64,000 nt of DNA from Spirochaetia bacterium (GCA_965198005.1 CBDAOI010000003.1:288001-352000); one strand, 5' to 3'. Counted from the stretch's first letter, positions 49,653-61,777 are shown. The notes: generated by a model not told the origin, from the letters alone. A program made the numbers and translations.

Positions 49653-49674
49653 TCCAGGCGCTTCCCACGTGGCG
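49653..49674 (+). repeat. 22-bp direct repeat, right copy
   Basis: Identical to 48036-48057. Confidence 0.92.
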
Positions 49675-49700
49675 GCTGCCCGGTGCATGGTCAGTACGTC

Positions 49701-51011
49701 ATGCGGCGGGAAACGATACTCAACATGGAGGGGGCGCGCATCAAGTTCGGGTCGGGCGCGACCCGCGAGCTGGGGTTCGAGCTGCGGGCGCTCGGGGTGC
49801 GGCGCGCGCTGCTGGTAACCGATCCGGTGATGGCCGGGCTCGAGCCCGTGGCGGTGGCGCGGGAGTCGCTGCGCGCCGCCGGCATCGACGCGGTGGTGTA
49901 CGACCGGACCAGAGTGGAGCCGAGCGACGCCTCGTTCCAGGACGCGATTGCGACCGCGGTGGCGGGCCGGTTCGACGGCTTCGTCGCGGTCGGCGGCGGC
50001 TCCAGCATCGACACGGCCAAGGCGGCCAACCTGTACAGCACGCATCCGGCCGATTTCCTGGCGTACGTCAACCCGCCCATCGGCCGGGGCGAGCCGGTGC
50101 CCGGTGCGCTCAGGCCGCTGGTGGCCGTGCCCACCACCGCCGGCACCGGCAGCGAGACCACCGGGGTGGCGATTTTCGACTACCTCGAGCTGGGCGCCAA
50201 GACCGGCATCGCACACCGCGCCCTGCGGCCCGACCTGGGGATCGTCGATCCCGACAACACCCGCACCCTGCCGCCGGTGGCGATTGCCAGCACCGGTCTG
50301 GACGTGCTGTGTCATGCCATCGAGTCGTACACCGCGCTGCCCTTCACGGCGCGCGCGGCGCCGGGCGATCCCGCCCTGCGGCCCGCGTACCAGGGCGCCA
50401 ACCCGATCAGCGATCTCTGGGCGCGGCGGGCGATCGAGCTGGTGGCGCGCTTCCTGCAGCGCGCGCTGCGCGACCCGGACGACGCCGAGGCGCGCAGCGC
50501 GATGCTGCTGGCCGCCACCTGTGCCGGGTACGGCTTCGGCAACGCCGGCGTGCACCTGCCGCACGGCATGTCCTATCCCGTCTCCAGCATGGTCGCCGGC
50601 GGCGCCGGCGGCGGGGACGCGCACCCCGGCGGCTACTTCCCGGCGGGCTATCCGAACGACCACCCGATGGTCCCGCACGGCATGTCGGTGATCCTCAACG
50701 CCCCCGCGGTGTTCCGCTTTACCGGCTGCGCCGACCCGCGGCGGCACCTGGAAGCCGCCCGGCTGTTGGGCGCCGAGGTGAGCGCCGTGCCGGAGGTGGA
50801 CGCCGGCGCCGCGCTGGCCGACGCCATCATCGCGCTGATGCGCGCGGTGGGCATGCCGTCCGGACTGGAGGCGGTGGGCCTGGCGCGCACCCACGTCCCG
50901 GCGCTGGTCGCCGGCACCCTGCCGCAGCACCGCGTCACCAAGCTGGCGCCGCGGCCGGCCACGGAGGCGGACCTGGAGGCGCTGTTCGCTGACGCGCTCC
51001 GCTACTGGTAA
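49701..51011 (+). CDS. Hydroxyacid-oxoacid transhydrogenase (Fe-ADH family, ADHFE1-like)
   Basis: GGGSSIDTAK, PTTAGTGSE, RPAYQGANP, HLPHGMSYP. Confidence 0.9.
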   Translation: MRRETILNMEGARIKFGSGATRELGFELRALGVRRALLVTDPVMAGLEPVAVARESLRAAGIDAVVYDRTRVEPSDASFQDAIATAVAGRFDGFVAVGGGSSIDTAKAANLYSTHPADFLAYVNPPIGRGEPVPGALRPLVAVPTTAGTGSETTGVAIFDYLELGAKTGIAHRALRPDLGIVDPDNTRTLPPVAIASTGLDVLCHAIESYTALPFTARAAPGDPALRPAYQGANPISDLWARRAIELVARFLQRALRDPDDAEARSAMLLAATCAGYGFGNAGVHLPHGMSYPVSSMVAGGAGGGDAHPGGYFPAGYPNDHPMVPHGMSVILNAPAVFRFTGCADPRRHLEAARLLGAEVSAVPEVDAGAALADAIIALMRAVGMPSGLEAVGLARTHVPALVAGTLPQHRVTKLAPRPATEADLEALFADALRYW

Positions 51012-51068
51012 CCACCATAGCCACCACCTCCAGCTTGTCCCGCCGCCGCGCTCGGTGATCCGTTACCG

Positions 51069-52232
51069 TTACCGGGTTTCCGCCCGCGCCACCTCCGCCA
51101 GCAGCGCGTCGTAGTCTGCGCTCACGCTACGCCACGAGAACCGCTCCATCGCCGCCGCCAGGCCGGCCGGGGCCACGACCGGGGGCGCGGCCAGCAACGC
51201 GCGCAGTCGGGCGGCCAGCTCGCTCTCGTCCCGGTACAGGCAGGCGGCGTGATGGCGCGCCGGAATCACCTCCGGGTACGCCAAGCGGTGCGGCAGCAGC
51301 GGGAAGTTGCCGGCCGCTACCGCCTCCACCACGGCGATGCCGAAGTTCTCCTGGAGCGCGGTCGAGACCACCACTGCCCCCCGGCGCAGCCAATCCCAGT
51401 ACGCGGCCCGATCCGGCTCGTAGCCGTACCGAACCAGGCGCGAGCCGAGCCACTCCCGCGCCTCGATGAACTCCCGCGGCACCGCCTGGAAGTTCTCGCC
51501 CAGCAGCGCCACCCGAAACGGCACGCCCGCCGCAGCCACCCGCCGCAGCGCCGCGAACAACAGCTCCGGCTGCTTGTCGAACTCCCAGCGGTGGTTCCAG
51601 ATCACCAGGGGCGGGTCGGCCGGCGCCCCGGGTCGGGCGCCACCGGCCGGCGCCGGCGGCGGCAGCCGGCACCCCGGGTGGAGCACGCGCGCCTTGGCCG
51701 CCAGCGCAGCCGGCACCCAGCGCGGCACGTAGTCGGGCATCTGCCGCAGAAACCGGGGCAGCGCCGCGAAGAAGGAGGCGCGGTGGAACTCCGAGTTGAA
51801 CACGATCACGGTAGCGGCCAGCGCCGAGCTGACGTCGGTGAACCCGAACTGCAGGTCGACCTGCCCGCCCGGCGGCACCGGGTAGCTGAGCTGGTTCTCG
51901 TGCAGGTAGAGCACGATCGGCGGGCAGCGCACCCCCCACAGCGCCTTGAGGTCGGCGGCACTCATCAGGTCGGAGAGCAGCAGGATGTCATACCGCTCGG
52001 GGCGCGTGACGGTGTGCGCGAAGTGGAGGGCGGCGCCGCGCATGCGCCACTTCCAGAACCGCGCCGGCAGCGTGCGCAGCTCGAGCCGGTGGCGCGAGTG
52101 CGCCACCAGGCCGTCGGCGAACGCACGGTGCGAGCCGCCGTAGAACGGCTCCAGAAACAGCACCCGCAGTTGGTCGTCGTCCCGGCGGCCCGACCCGCAG
52201 CCCGAGCTGCGCGCGCGTTGCCCCACCGGCAA
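51069..52232 (-). CDS. DUF3524/GT-B glycosyltransferase (GTDC1/QTMAN homolog)
   Basis: LEPFYGGSH, WKWRMRG, YLHENQL, FNSEFH, WNHRWEFDK, ENFGIAVVEA; start uncertain. Confidence 0.85.
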   Translation of the reverse strand: MPVGQRARSSGCGSGRRDDDQLRVLFLEPFYGGSHRAFADGLVAHSRHRLELRTLPARFWKWRMRGAALHFAHTVTRPERYDILLLSDLMSAADLKALWGVRCPPIVLYLHENQLSYPVPPGGQVDLQFGFTDVSSALAATVIVFNSEFHRASFFAALPRFLRQMPDYVPRWVPAALAAKARVLHPGCRLPPPAPAGGARPGAPADPPLVIWNHRWEFDKQPELLFAALRRVAAAGVPFRVALLGENFQAVPREFIEAREWLGSRLVRYGYEPDRAAYWDWLRRGAVVVSTALQENFGIAVVEAVAAGNFPLLPHRLAYPEVIPARHHAACLYRDESELAARLRALLAAPPVVAPAGLAAAMERFSWRSVSADYDALLAEVARAETR

Positions 52233-52332
52233 GAGCGCCGCCGAGCGCCCGACCGGCGGCAGTTGTGCGGCAGTCTCGCGGGGGAGGCTGCTCCCGGCCG
52301 GGAACGGCAGCCGAAGTGCCGGTCGTGCGGCG

Positions 52333-53724
52333 CTACGGGCGCACGCGCTTGCGGTCGCGCGGGAACAGGGCCGCCTGCTTGACGCTGGCCAGGCCGAGGA
52401 TGGTCTGCGTGAGCCGTTCCAGGCCGATCGCGAAGCCGCCGTGGGGAGGACAGCCGTAGCGGAACACCGACAGGTAGTCGGTCATCGACGCCGGGTCCAG
52501 GCCGAACCGCCGGATGCTCTCCACCAGCGCGACGTAGTCGTTGATCCGGCGGCTGCCGGAGGTAAGTTCCTGGCCGCGATACAGCAGGTCGAACGACATC
52601 GTCCGGTTGTCGTCCGCCGGATAGGTATAGAAAGGGCGCTTGCGCCGCGGATAAGCGTACACGAACACCGCGCCGATGCCGTGTTCGGCGGCCGCCCAGT
52701 CGCACAACAGGCGCTCCGCTTCCGGATTGATCTCGTACACCCGCGCGCGGCCGCTCCCGGCGGCGGCCACCGCCCGCGCCTCGTCGTAGCTCAGGCGCGG
52801 AATTGCCGCCACCTGCGCCGCGCTCGGCACCTGCGCGTCCCACTGCGCCAGGATGGCGGCCGCGTCCCGTTCCAGCCCGGTGAAGATGGTGGTCAGCAAC
52901 CGCTGCTCCAGGTCGATCAGATCATGCTCGCTGTCGATGTACGCCAGTTCCACGTCCAGCGACACGTACTCGTTGATGTGGCGCGGCGTGTCGTGCTTCT
53001 CGGCCCGATAGGCCATGCCGATCTCGAACACCCGCTCCAGGCCCGCCGCCACCAGCGCCTGCTTGTAGAGCTGCGGCGACTGCGCCAGGTACACGGTGCG
53101 GTCGAAGTACTCCACGGCGAACAGCCCGGTACCCCCTTCGGTGCCGCTGCCGATCAGCTTCGACGACTTGATCTCCGTGAACCCTTCCGCCCGCAGGTGC
53201 TCGGCGAACAGCCGCACGATCTCCGCCTGCAGGCGGAAGATGGCGAGCGTCTTGGGGTTGCGCAGGCTCACCATGCGGTGCTCCAGCAGGGCCTCGAGGC
53301 TGAGCTGCGCCGGGTCCTGGTTCACTGCCAGCGGCAGGTCGGGCGCCGCCGCCGAGATTACCCGGCACGCCTCTGCCTGGACCTCGAAGCCGCCCGGGGC
53401 CTTGCGGTTGGCCGCCACTCGGCCGCTGATTTCCACCACCGACTCCAGCGCGACCGGCCGCCCGGCGGCGTCCGCCGGCGCCGCGCCGAACACCGTCTGG
53501 CACAACCCGGAGCGGTCGCGCAGGATCAGAAAGCAGACCCGCCCCAGGTCGCGCAGCCGGTGCACCCAGCCGCGCAGCCGCACCGTGTCGCCGACGTGCG
53601 CCGCGAGGCCGGCGGCCAGCACGCGGCCGGCGCCGGGTGCGCGTGCGTCCGGCTGGGGTCCGGGTGCTGCCGGTGCGTTACCGTCGGCCGTGCGCCGTGT
53701 CCCGGACTGCCCGCGCCGGCTCAT
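52333..53724 (-). CDS. aspS: Non-discriminating archaeal-type aspartate-tRNA(Asp/Asn) ligase
   Basis: No GAD insert; GWVH and KAPGG signatures; YLAQSPQLYKQ, PPHGGFAIGLER. Confidence 0.92.
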   Translation of the reverse strand: MSRRGQSGTRRTADGNAPAAPGPQPDARAPGAGRVLAAGLAAHVGDTVRLRGWVHRLRDLGRVCFLILRDRSGLCQTVFGAAPADAAGRPVALESVVEISGRVAANRKAPGGFEVQAEACRVISAAAPDLPLAVNQDPAQLSLEALLEHRMVSLRNPKTLAIFRLQAEIVRLFAEHLRAEGFTEIKSSKLIGSGTEGGTGLFAVEYFDRTVYLAQSPQLYKQALVAAGLERVFEIGMAYRAEKHDTPRHINEYVSLDVELAYIDSEHDLIDLEQRLLTTIFTGLERDAAAILAQWDAQVPSAAQVAAIPRLSYDEARAVAAAGSGRARVYEINPEAERLLCDWAAAEHGIGAVFVYAYPRRKRPFYTYPADDNRTMSFDLLYRGQELTSGSRRINDYVALVESIRRFGLDPASMTDYLSVFRYGCPPHGGFAIGLERLTQTILGLASVKQAALFPRDRKRVRP

Positions 53725-55207
53725 CCGTCATCCCGCCGGGCCGCTGCCGGGTCATCGGCGCCCGCGGGCGCGGCGGCGTACAGCGCCTCGATCAGCGCGT
53801 GCACCTGGTCCGGCCGGGCGCGGCCGCCGGTGCGCCGCATCATCTGCCCGACCAGGAACCCCACCGGCTTGCGGTCACGCGCCGCGATCTGCTGCTGCAC
53901 CCGCGGGTTGTCCGCCAGCACCTGCTGCAGGATCGGCTGCAGCTCGGCGCCGGCGGTGATCTGGCTCAGGCCGTCCTCGGCCACCACCGCGCGCGGGTCG
54001 CGGCCGTCGCCGATCACCACCGCCAGCACCTGCTTGGCCAGCTTGCCGCTGACCGTGCCCTCGGCCAGCAGGCGCAGCAGCTCCACCAGCCGCCGCGGGG
54101 TGAGGTGGCTGGCCTCCAGCGTCTCCCGGCGCCGGTTGAGGTGCTTGCGCACGTCCGCGGCCAGCCAGCGCGCGGCCAGCGACGGGTCGGCCCCGGCGGC
54201 CACCGTCTGCTCGAAGAACGCGGCGGTGGCGGGCTCGTCGGTGAGGAAGGCCGCCTGCTCCAGGCTCAGGCCGTGCGCCTGCCGCAGCCGGTCGCGCCGG
54301 GCCAGCGGCAGCTCCACCAGCCGCTCCTCGACCGCCGCGAAGAAAGCGCGGTCGGGCCGGAACGGCGGCAGATCCGGTTCCGGAAAGTAGCGGTAGTCGT
54401 CCTCGCTCTCCTTGACCCGCATCGGCTCGGTGCAGTCGCGGTTCTCGTTCCACAGCCGGGTCTCCACAATCACCTCGCCGCCACGGGCGAGCAGCGCGGT
54501 CTGCCGTTCGATCTCGAAGTCGAGGGCGTTGCGGACGAACTTGAACGAGTTGAGATTCTTGATCTCCACCTTGCTGCCGAGGCCGAGGCCGCTGCGGTTC
54601 ACCGACACGTTGGCGTCGCAGCGCAACGACCCCTGCTCCATGTTGCCGTCGCACACCCCCAGGAACCGCACCATCCGGCGGAACTGCTCCAGGAACTGCT
54701 CGGCCGCCCGGCCGCCGGTCAGGTCCGGCTGGGTGACCACCTCGACCAGCGGGGTGCCGGTGCGGTTGTAGTCGAGCAGCGAGACGTCGCCCGCGTGGAT
54801 CATCTTGCCGGCGTCCTCTTCGAGGTGGACCTCGCGGATGCTCACGGTGTCGGCGACGCCGTCGATCTCCGCCCGGAAGCGGCCGGCGCTCCCGATCGGG
54901 GCCCCGTACTGCGAGATCTGATAGTTCTTGGGCAGATCCGGGTAGAAATAATTCTTGCGTTCGAACACCGTGCGGTCGCTCAGGGTGCACTCCAGCGCGC
55001 GCGCCAGCACGTACGCCTTGAGCACCGCCTCCTCGTTCAGCGCGGGCAAGATCCCGGGATACCCCAGGCACACCGGGCAGACATTCTCGTTGGGCCGGTC
55101 GCCGAACGCGTTGCGGCAGTCGCAGAACACCTTGGACGCGGTGATGAGCTGGACGTGAATCTCCAATCCGACGAACCCCCGGTATCCGTTTTCGTTCGTC
55201 TCTCGGC

Positions 55208-55211
<4 letters not shown>
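53721..55211 (-). CDS. gatB: Asp/Glu-tRNA amidotransferase subunit B
   Basis: GLEIHVQL, YFYPDLPKNYQISQ, HLEEDAGK, YRYFPEPDL. Confidence 0.97.
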
Positions 55212-56701
<1,490 letters not shown>

Positions 56702-56855
56702 GAACTGCTCCTCGGCCGGGCGCGCCGCCGCAAGCGCGCAGGCACGACGGTGCGCGGCGCATTGGCAGCGCACCCGGGCAGCAGGTGGCGCGCGTCCGGC
56801 ATGGACTGCCGCACGGACAGTGCCCGGCGGGCGACATTGTCGGGTTTGGTGTACA

Positions 56856-57218
56856 CTAGAGAACGTTGGGGACGCTGAAGTGGTAGTCTTCGCGCTCGGG
56901 AGCGGCTGCCAGCAGCCGCGCGGAGTCGGCGCCGGACCAGCGCTCGGCCGCGGGCGTGACCCGGTCCGGCCGGAGCCGGTTGCGCGCCTGCAGGGCATGG
57001 GTCGTCGGCTCCACGCCGCCGACGTCCAGGGTCGCCATCACGTCGAAGTACCGGAGGATCTGCTGCACCCCGGCGCGCAGGCGCTCGCGTTCGGCGCCGG
57101 TCAGGCGCAACCGCGCCATCTCGGCGGTGGTCGCCAACTCCGCGTCGCTCAGGGCGATGCCCGCGGAATCTCCGCCGCCTCCGCTGCTCCCGCCGCCGGC
57201 CACAGTGTCCTGCTCCAT
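56856..57218 (-). CDS. gatC: Amidotransferase subunit C
   Basis: AEMARL, VEPT, FSVPNVL; position upstream of gatA. Confidence 0.88.
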   Translation of the reverse strand: MEQDTVAGGGSSGGGGDSAGIALSDAELATTAEMARLRLTGAERERLRAGVQQILRYFDVMATLDVGGVEPTTHALQARNRLRPDRVTPAAERWSGADSARLLAAAPEREDYHFSVPNVL

Positions 57219-57288
57219 GGGAATCCCGGTAAGCATGGGTGCTTGTGCGGGGACGTGTCAAGCAATTATCGGGCCAAACGGGCCAGAT

Positions 57289-57317
57289 TTGACCCTGCAG
57301 GGCGGTAGCCGTATAGT
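57289..57317 (+). promoter_or_regulatory. Sigma70-type promoter, divergent from gatC
   Basis: TTGACC-17-TATAGT. Confidence 0.65.
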
Positions 57318-57339
57318 TTAAGTGAGTTGCGCCCGCAAC

Positions 57340-58791
57340 ATGAGTGATGTACTAGTCCAGCCGCAGGCGGTCACGCAGGATTTCCCGCGGGTCAGTTTCT
57401 ACGATGTGGATCTGGTCCATCTGTACGAACGATCCTGGAATTGGATCGCCGAGCAATGGCGGAGCGGAACCGATGTCAATGGGTTCGTCCCGCGCTACTT
57501 CTGCCATCCCGGCGCCGACCGGATCAACCAGTTCGAGACCTGTTTTGCCACCTTCTTTCTGGTATACGGAAACGGCACCTATCCGGTCGCGGCACAGTTG
57601 GACAACTTCTACGAGAGGCAGGAGGAAGACGGCGCCATCCGTGGCGAGTACCGGGTGGACGACGGCAGCCCGGTACGGTCCCGGGCCAACCCGACCGGAG
57701 TGGCGCCGCCGCTGTTCGCGTGGGCGGAATACAACCTGTACCACAAGCTGGGCGACAAGAAGCGGCTGCGGGACAAGCTCGACGTGCTTGAGCGCTACTT
57801 TCAGTGGCTGGAGACCACGCACCGCAGGGAGAACGGTCTCTACGCCGTACCCCTGGCAGCCACCGTGATGGGCAACAGTCCGCGCGACGGTTGCTGCTAC
57901 CCGGTGGACTTCAATGCGCAACAGACGATCAACGCGTGGTACATGTCCGCCATCGGCGACGTCCTGAACGACAAGGACATCGGCTTCAAGTACAAGCGTG
58001 CCTACTTCTCGCTCAAGACCCGCATCAGTCAGCTCATGTGGGATGAACGGACCGGCTTCTACTACGACCTCGACCGTCGGGGGCGGCGCCTCGACGTGCG
58101 GACGATCGCGGCGTTCTGGACCCTGCTGGCGCGGATCCCGAACGAAGAGAAGAGTGAACGCCTCATCGCCTGCCTCAGCGACCCGGGCGACTTCGGCGTG
58201 GAGCATCCATTCCCGACCCTCTCCGCCGGCCACGCCGGCTTCTCGACCGACGGCTCCGGCTACAAGGGATCGGTGGTCCCGCCGTTCAACTACATGGTGA
58301 TCAAGGGGCTGGAACGGTACCGGAAGTTCGAGTTGGCGCGCGAGTTCGCGCTCCGCCACCTGTACTACGTGCTTGACGGATTGCACCCCGAGGAGAACGC
58401 GTCCGGCTCCCTGTTCGAAGCCTACTCGCCCCAGCATGAGGGGCCCGCGCGCTGGTCGGGCAAACGCGGCTACCCGCGCCAGCTCCTGATGGCCTACAAC
58501 GCCCTGAGCACGGTGGCGTTGATGATCGAGAACGTGGTGGGGCTCTACATCTCGCTGCCGCGCAAGACGGTCGACTGGCGCATCCCCAAGATGGAGATCA
58601 TGGGGGTCGAGAACCTGCAGCTCAAGCGCAACCTGATTTCGATCCTCAGCGCCAAGAGCGGGCGCGGGTGGGAGATCCGGCTGGAGTCGGAGAAGCTGTA
58701 TTACCTCACCATCAACGTCCTGCCCGAACGGCGGCGCAAGACGCTGCCGATCCCGTCCGGCAAGTGCTCGATCCTCGTCGACAAGATCTGA
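57340..58791 (+). CDS. (alpha/alpha)6 glycoside hydrolase-like protein (GH63/MGH1/trehalase-like)
   Basis: PPLFAWAE, GNSPR, WDERTGFYYD, YKGSVVPPFNYMVIKGL. Confidence 0.75.
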   Translation: MSDVLVQPQAVTQDFPRVSFYDVDLVHLYERSWNWIAEQWRSGTDVNGFVPRYFCHPGADRINQFETCFATFFLVYGNGTYPVAAQLDNFYERQEEDGAIRGEYRVDDGSPVRSRANPTGVAPPLFAWAEYNLYHKLGDKKRLRDKLDVLERYFQWLETTHRRENGLYAVPLAATVMGNSPRDGCCYPVDFNAQQTINAWYMSAIGDVLNDKDIGFKYKRAYFSLKTRISQLMWDERTGFYYDLDRRGRRLDVRTIAAFWTLLARIPNEEKSERLIACLSDPGDFGVEHPFPTLSAGHAGFSTDGSGYKGSVVPPFNYMVIKGLERYRKFELAREFALRHLYYVLDGLHPEENASGSLFEAYSPQHEGPARWSGKRGYPRQLLMAYNALSTVALMIENVVGLYISLPRKTVDWRIPKMEIMGVENLQLKRNLISILSAKSGRGWEIRLESEKLYYLTINVLPERRRKTLPIPSGKCSILVDKI

Positions 58792-58805
58792 TCGACACGA
58801 TCTGA

Positions 58806-59396
58806 TTACTCGATCCGCACGCGGCCGCGCAGAGCCCGACTGACGGTGAGGCGGTCGGAGTACTCGAGATCGCTGCCCACCGGCAGGCCGTGCGCGAGCT
58901 GGAACGCCGCCACCCCGAGCCCGCGCAGTTGCTTGGCCACCAACAGCGCCGTGGCCTCGCCCTCCACGGTGGGATTGGTAGCCACGATCACTTCGCGGAT
59001 CCCCTCCTCCCGCACGCGACCGAGCAGCGAGTCGATCTGCAGGTCGTCGGGACCGACCCCGTCGAGCGGCGAGAGCGCACCCATCAGCACGTGGTAGCGA
59101 CCGTTGAACTCGCCGGTCGCTTCGATCGTCTCCACGTCCTGCGGCTGCTCCACCACGCACACCCTGGTGTGGTCGCGCGCCGGGTCGCTGCAGATCGCGC
59201 ACCGCTCGGCCTCGGTATAGGCGCCGCAGGTCCGGCACGGTCGAATCCGTTCCCGTAGCGCCACCAGGTCCGCGGCCAGGGCGCGCACGTAGGCAGGGTC
59301 GGTGCGCAGCAGATGGTAGGCCAGCCGCGCCGCGCTCTTGCGGCCGAGGCCCGGCAGCTTGGCCAGCGCAACGATGAGCCGCTCCAGGCTGTTCAT
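58806..59396 (-). CDS. recR: Recombination protein RecR
   Basis: LPGLGRKSA, C4 zinc finger, ATNPTVEGEATA. Confidence 0.97.
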   Translation of the reverse strand: MNSLERLIVALAKLPGLGRKSAARLAYHLLRTDPAYVRALAADLVALRERIRPCRTCGAYTEAERCAICSDPARDHTRVCVVEQPQDVETIEATGEFNGRYHVLMGALSPLDGVGPDDLQIDSLLGRVREEGIREVIVATNPTVEGEATALLVAKQLRGLGVAAFQLAHGLPVGSDLEYSDRLTVSRALRGRVRIE

Positions 59397-59411
59397 GGGC
59401 GCGGGTCGGCG

Positions 59412-59735
59412 TCAGGCGCCGAACATGCCGGGGGGAAGAGGCAACCCGCCGGTGGCCGCGTTGAATTCACTGCGCAACCGCTCCTTGACCCTGGTGGTGG
59501 CGTCGGTGAACGCGGCGCGGATCAGATCCTCCAGCATCTCCCGCTCGTTCGGATCGACGGCGTCCGGGGCGACTCTCACCTCCAACACCTCGAGGTGGCC
59601 GTTGAGCACCACCTCCACCATGTCGCCGCCGGCACTGCCGGTGACCCGGACGGTGTGCAGCTTTTCCTGCATCTCGCCCATGTTGCGTTGCAGGCCCTGG
59701 ATCACCTTGAGGAACTCGATCGGGTTATTCGCCAT
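59412..59735 (-). CDS. ybaB: YbaB/EbfC nucleoid-associated protein
   Basis: GSAGGDMVEV, MLEDLIRAA; dnaX-ybaB-recR synteny. Confidence 0.93.
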   Translation of the reverse strand: MANNPIEFLKVIQGLQRNMGEMQEKLHTVRVTGSAGGDMVEVVLNGHLEVLEVRVAPDAVDPNEREMLEDLIRAAFTDATTRVKERLRSEFNAATGGLPLPPGMFGA

Positions 59736-61437
59736 GTGCGATCTCCTTGACCACTTCGCCCCGGAATACTTTGCGAACTCGTTCGACGTCGGAATCGGTA
59801 TCGGTGCTCGTCGGCGACCGCCCTCGATAGGCCACCTTGATCGACACCGGGCGGCCGAGCTCGGTGGCGGCCGCCTCCGCCACCACGCGCTGTTCGCTGG
59901 TCACGTGTCCGCCGGAATAGCCGTCGCGCGGCCCGAAGGCAATGGTGACGCGGTCGCCGGCCAGCTCGGCACCCAGCGCCCGCTCCAGCGCCGCGGCCAG
60001 GGAGAGCAGGTTGCGGCTGCGCACCTGAGCGACCAGCGCCCGCAACAGCGGATCCTCGGCGGCGTCCCGCGCATCCGCAACCGGCGCCGGCGGGTGCTGC
60101 CGCGGACTGGCGTCGGCCGGCGGTGCCTCGGGTGGCGGCGCGGCGGCCGCATCCCCTGCCGCGCGCTCCGAGGTGGCGGCGGGCCGGCTGACGCCGGCGT
60201 CCGCGCTGGCCCCGGATGGCCGGTGCGCGCCGGCCGGTTCCGGCGCCGGTTCCGGCGCCGGCGCCGCGCCCCGGTCCGATGCCACCCCGGGCGCACCCTG
60301 AAACTGCGCCTTGATGGCGGCCACTTCGGCCAGGATCTCGTCGGCGGTAACCATGCCGCCCAGGCGCGCCAGCCGGCTGAGCAGCAACTCGAGCTCGAAG
60401 CGCGGACTGACCGACGCCTTCAGATTGCGGTGCAGCTCCAGCAGCATCTCACCCGCCAGCTCTAGCTGGCTCACGCTCAGGCGCTCGCGCACGGCCGGGC
60501 TGAAGCTCGCCGGCGGGTAGCCGAGAATCCCCGCCCGATCCACGCCGTGCCGGAGCAGCAGCAGCGACCGCAGGTAGTCGGCCAGCGCTACCACGAACCG
60601 CTCGACCGACACGCCGCGTTCGATGATTCCGTCCGCGAGCGCGAGCATCCGGTCCGCGCGGTCCGTGCCGATCAACTCGCCCACGCGGTTGAGCTCGTCC
60701 AGACTGAGCGCACCGATCGTATCACGAATCGCATCCACGCTGATCCTGCCGTCGGTAAACGAGACGAGCTGGTCGAAGGTGGTGTAGGCGTCGCGCAGCG
60801 AACCTCCCGCTTCCTTGGCAATCCAGATCAGCGCCTCCTCCTCGGTCTCGACCGCGAGTTCCGCGGCCACGGCGGCGAGCCGGGCGTGGATCTCGTCGAC
60901 CGAGAACAGGCGGAAGGTGAACTGCTGGCAGCGGGAGCGGATGGTCGCCGGCACCTTGTGGATCTCGGTGGTGGCGAAGATGAACACCACGTACGGCGGG
61001 GGTTCCTCGATCGTCTTCAGCAACGCGTTGAACGCGCTGTTGGAGAGCATGTGGACCTCGTCGATGATGTAGATCTTGTAGCGCGCCGCCGCGGGGGGAA
61101 ACAGCACTTCATCCCGGATGGCGCGCACGTCGTCGACGCCGGTATGGGAAGCCCCGTCGATCTCGATCACGTCGAGCGCGGCCCCCGCAAGTATTTCCTT
61201 GCAAGGATTGCAATCGCCGCATGGGTTGCGGGTCGGGCCGGCGGCGCACTGGAGGGCGCGCGCAAGCACCCGGGCGGCCGAGGTCTTGCCGACCCCGCGC
61301 GGCCCGGAGAACAGAAAGGCGTGTGCGATCCGGTCGCGTTCGATGGCTCCGCTCAGGGTCGCCACCACGAACTCCTGGCCGACCATCTCGTCGAACGAGC
61401 GCGGTCGCTTGCGGGTTGCGGTCACTTCGTAGGCCAT
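59725..61437 (-). CDS. dnaX: DNA polymerase III gamma/tau subunit
   Basis: GPRGVGKT, IIDEVHML, NALLKTIEEPP, SRCQ. Confidence 0.97.
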   Translation of the reverse strand: MAYEVTATRKRPRSFDEMVGQEFVVATLSGAIERDRIAHAFLFSGPRGVGKTSAARVLARALQCAAGPTRNPCGDCNPCKEILAGAALDVIEIDGASHTGVDDVRAIRDEVLFPPAAARYKIYIIDEVHMLSNSAFNALLKTIEEPPPYVVFIFATTEIHKVPATIRSRCQQFTFRLFSVDEIHARLAAVAAELAVETEEEALIWIAKEAGGSLRDAYTTFDQLVSFTDGRISVDAIRDTIGALSLDELNRVGELIGTDRADRMLALADGIIERGVSVERFVVALADYLRSLLLLRHGVDRAGILGYPPASFSPAVRERLSVSQLELAGEMLLELHRNLKASVSPRFELELLLSRLARLGGMVTADEILAEVAAIKAQFQGAPGVASDRGAAPAPEPAPEPAGAHRPSGASADAGVSRPAATSERAAGDAAAAPPPEAPPADASPRQHPPAPVADARDAAEDPLLRALVAQVRSRNLLSLAAALERALGAELAGDRVTIAFGPRDGYSGGHVTSEQRVVAEAAATELGRPVSIKVAYRGRSPTSTDTDSDVERVRKVFRGEVVKEIAHGE

Positions 61438-61447
61438 AAGCTAAAAA

Positions 61448-61572
61448 GCCCCCCCCTGGCCGCCCCCGATTGGCTACGGCTCCTGCGCGCACCGCTTACC
61501 GCTGCTACCTCCCGGTCCTGACGGAGTTGGGCGGGCGAGCATAGCGTAGATCAGAGACAGACCAGCGGGGGG
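61448..61572 (-). ncRNA. ffs: SRP (4.5S) RNA
   Basis: Conserved TCAGGACCGGGAGGTAGCAGC core in a long hairpin upstream of dnaX; ends approximate. Confidence 0.85.
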
Positions 61573-61575
61573 TTG

Positions 61576-61663
61576 CGGAGAGAGTGGGATTCGAACCCAC
61601 GGTACCCGGTAAGAGCACACACGCTTTCCAAGCGTGCACCTTCGGCCGCTCGGTCATCTCTCC
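61576..61663 (-). tRNA. tRNA-Ser(GGA)
   Basis: CACGC-TTGGAAA-GCGTG, long variable arm. Confidence 0.95.
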
Positions 61664-61687
61664 CTGCCCACGCCGGGCTCTGGGCTG

Positions 61688-61777
61688 CGGAGAGAGTGGG
61701 ATTCGAACCCACGGAGCCAGCTTGCGCGGCTCAACGGATTTCGAGTCCGCCCGATTCGACCGCTCTCGCATCTCTCC
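61688..61777 (-). tRNA. tRNA-Ser(CGA)
   Basis: GCGGA-CTCGAAA-TCCGT, long variable arm. Confidence 0.95.
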
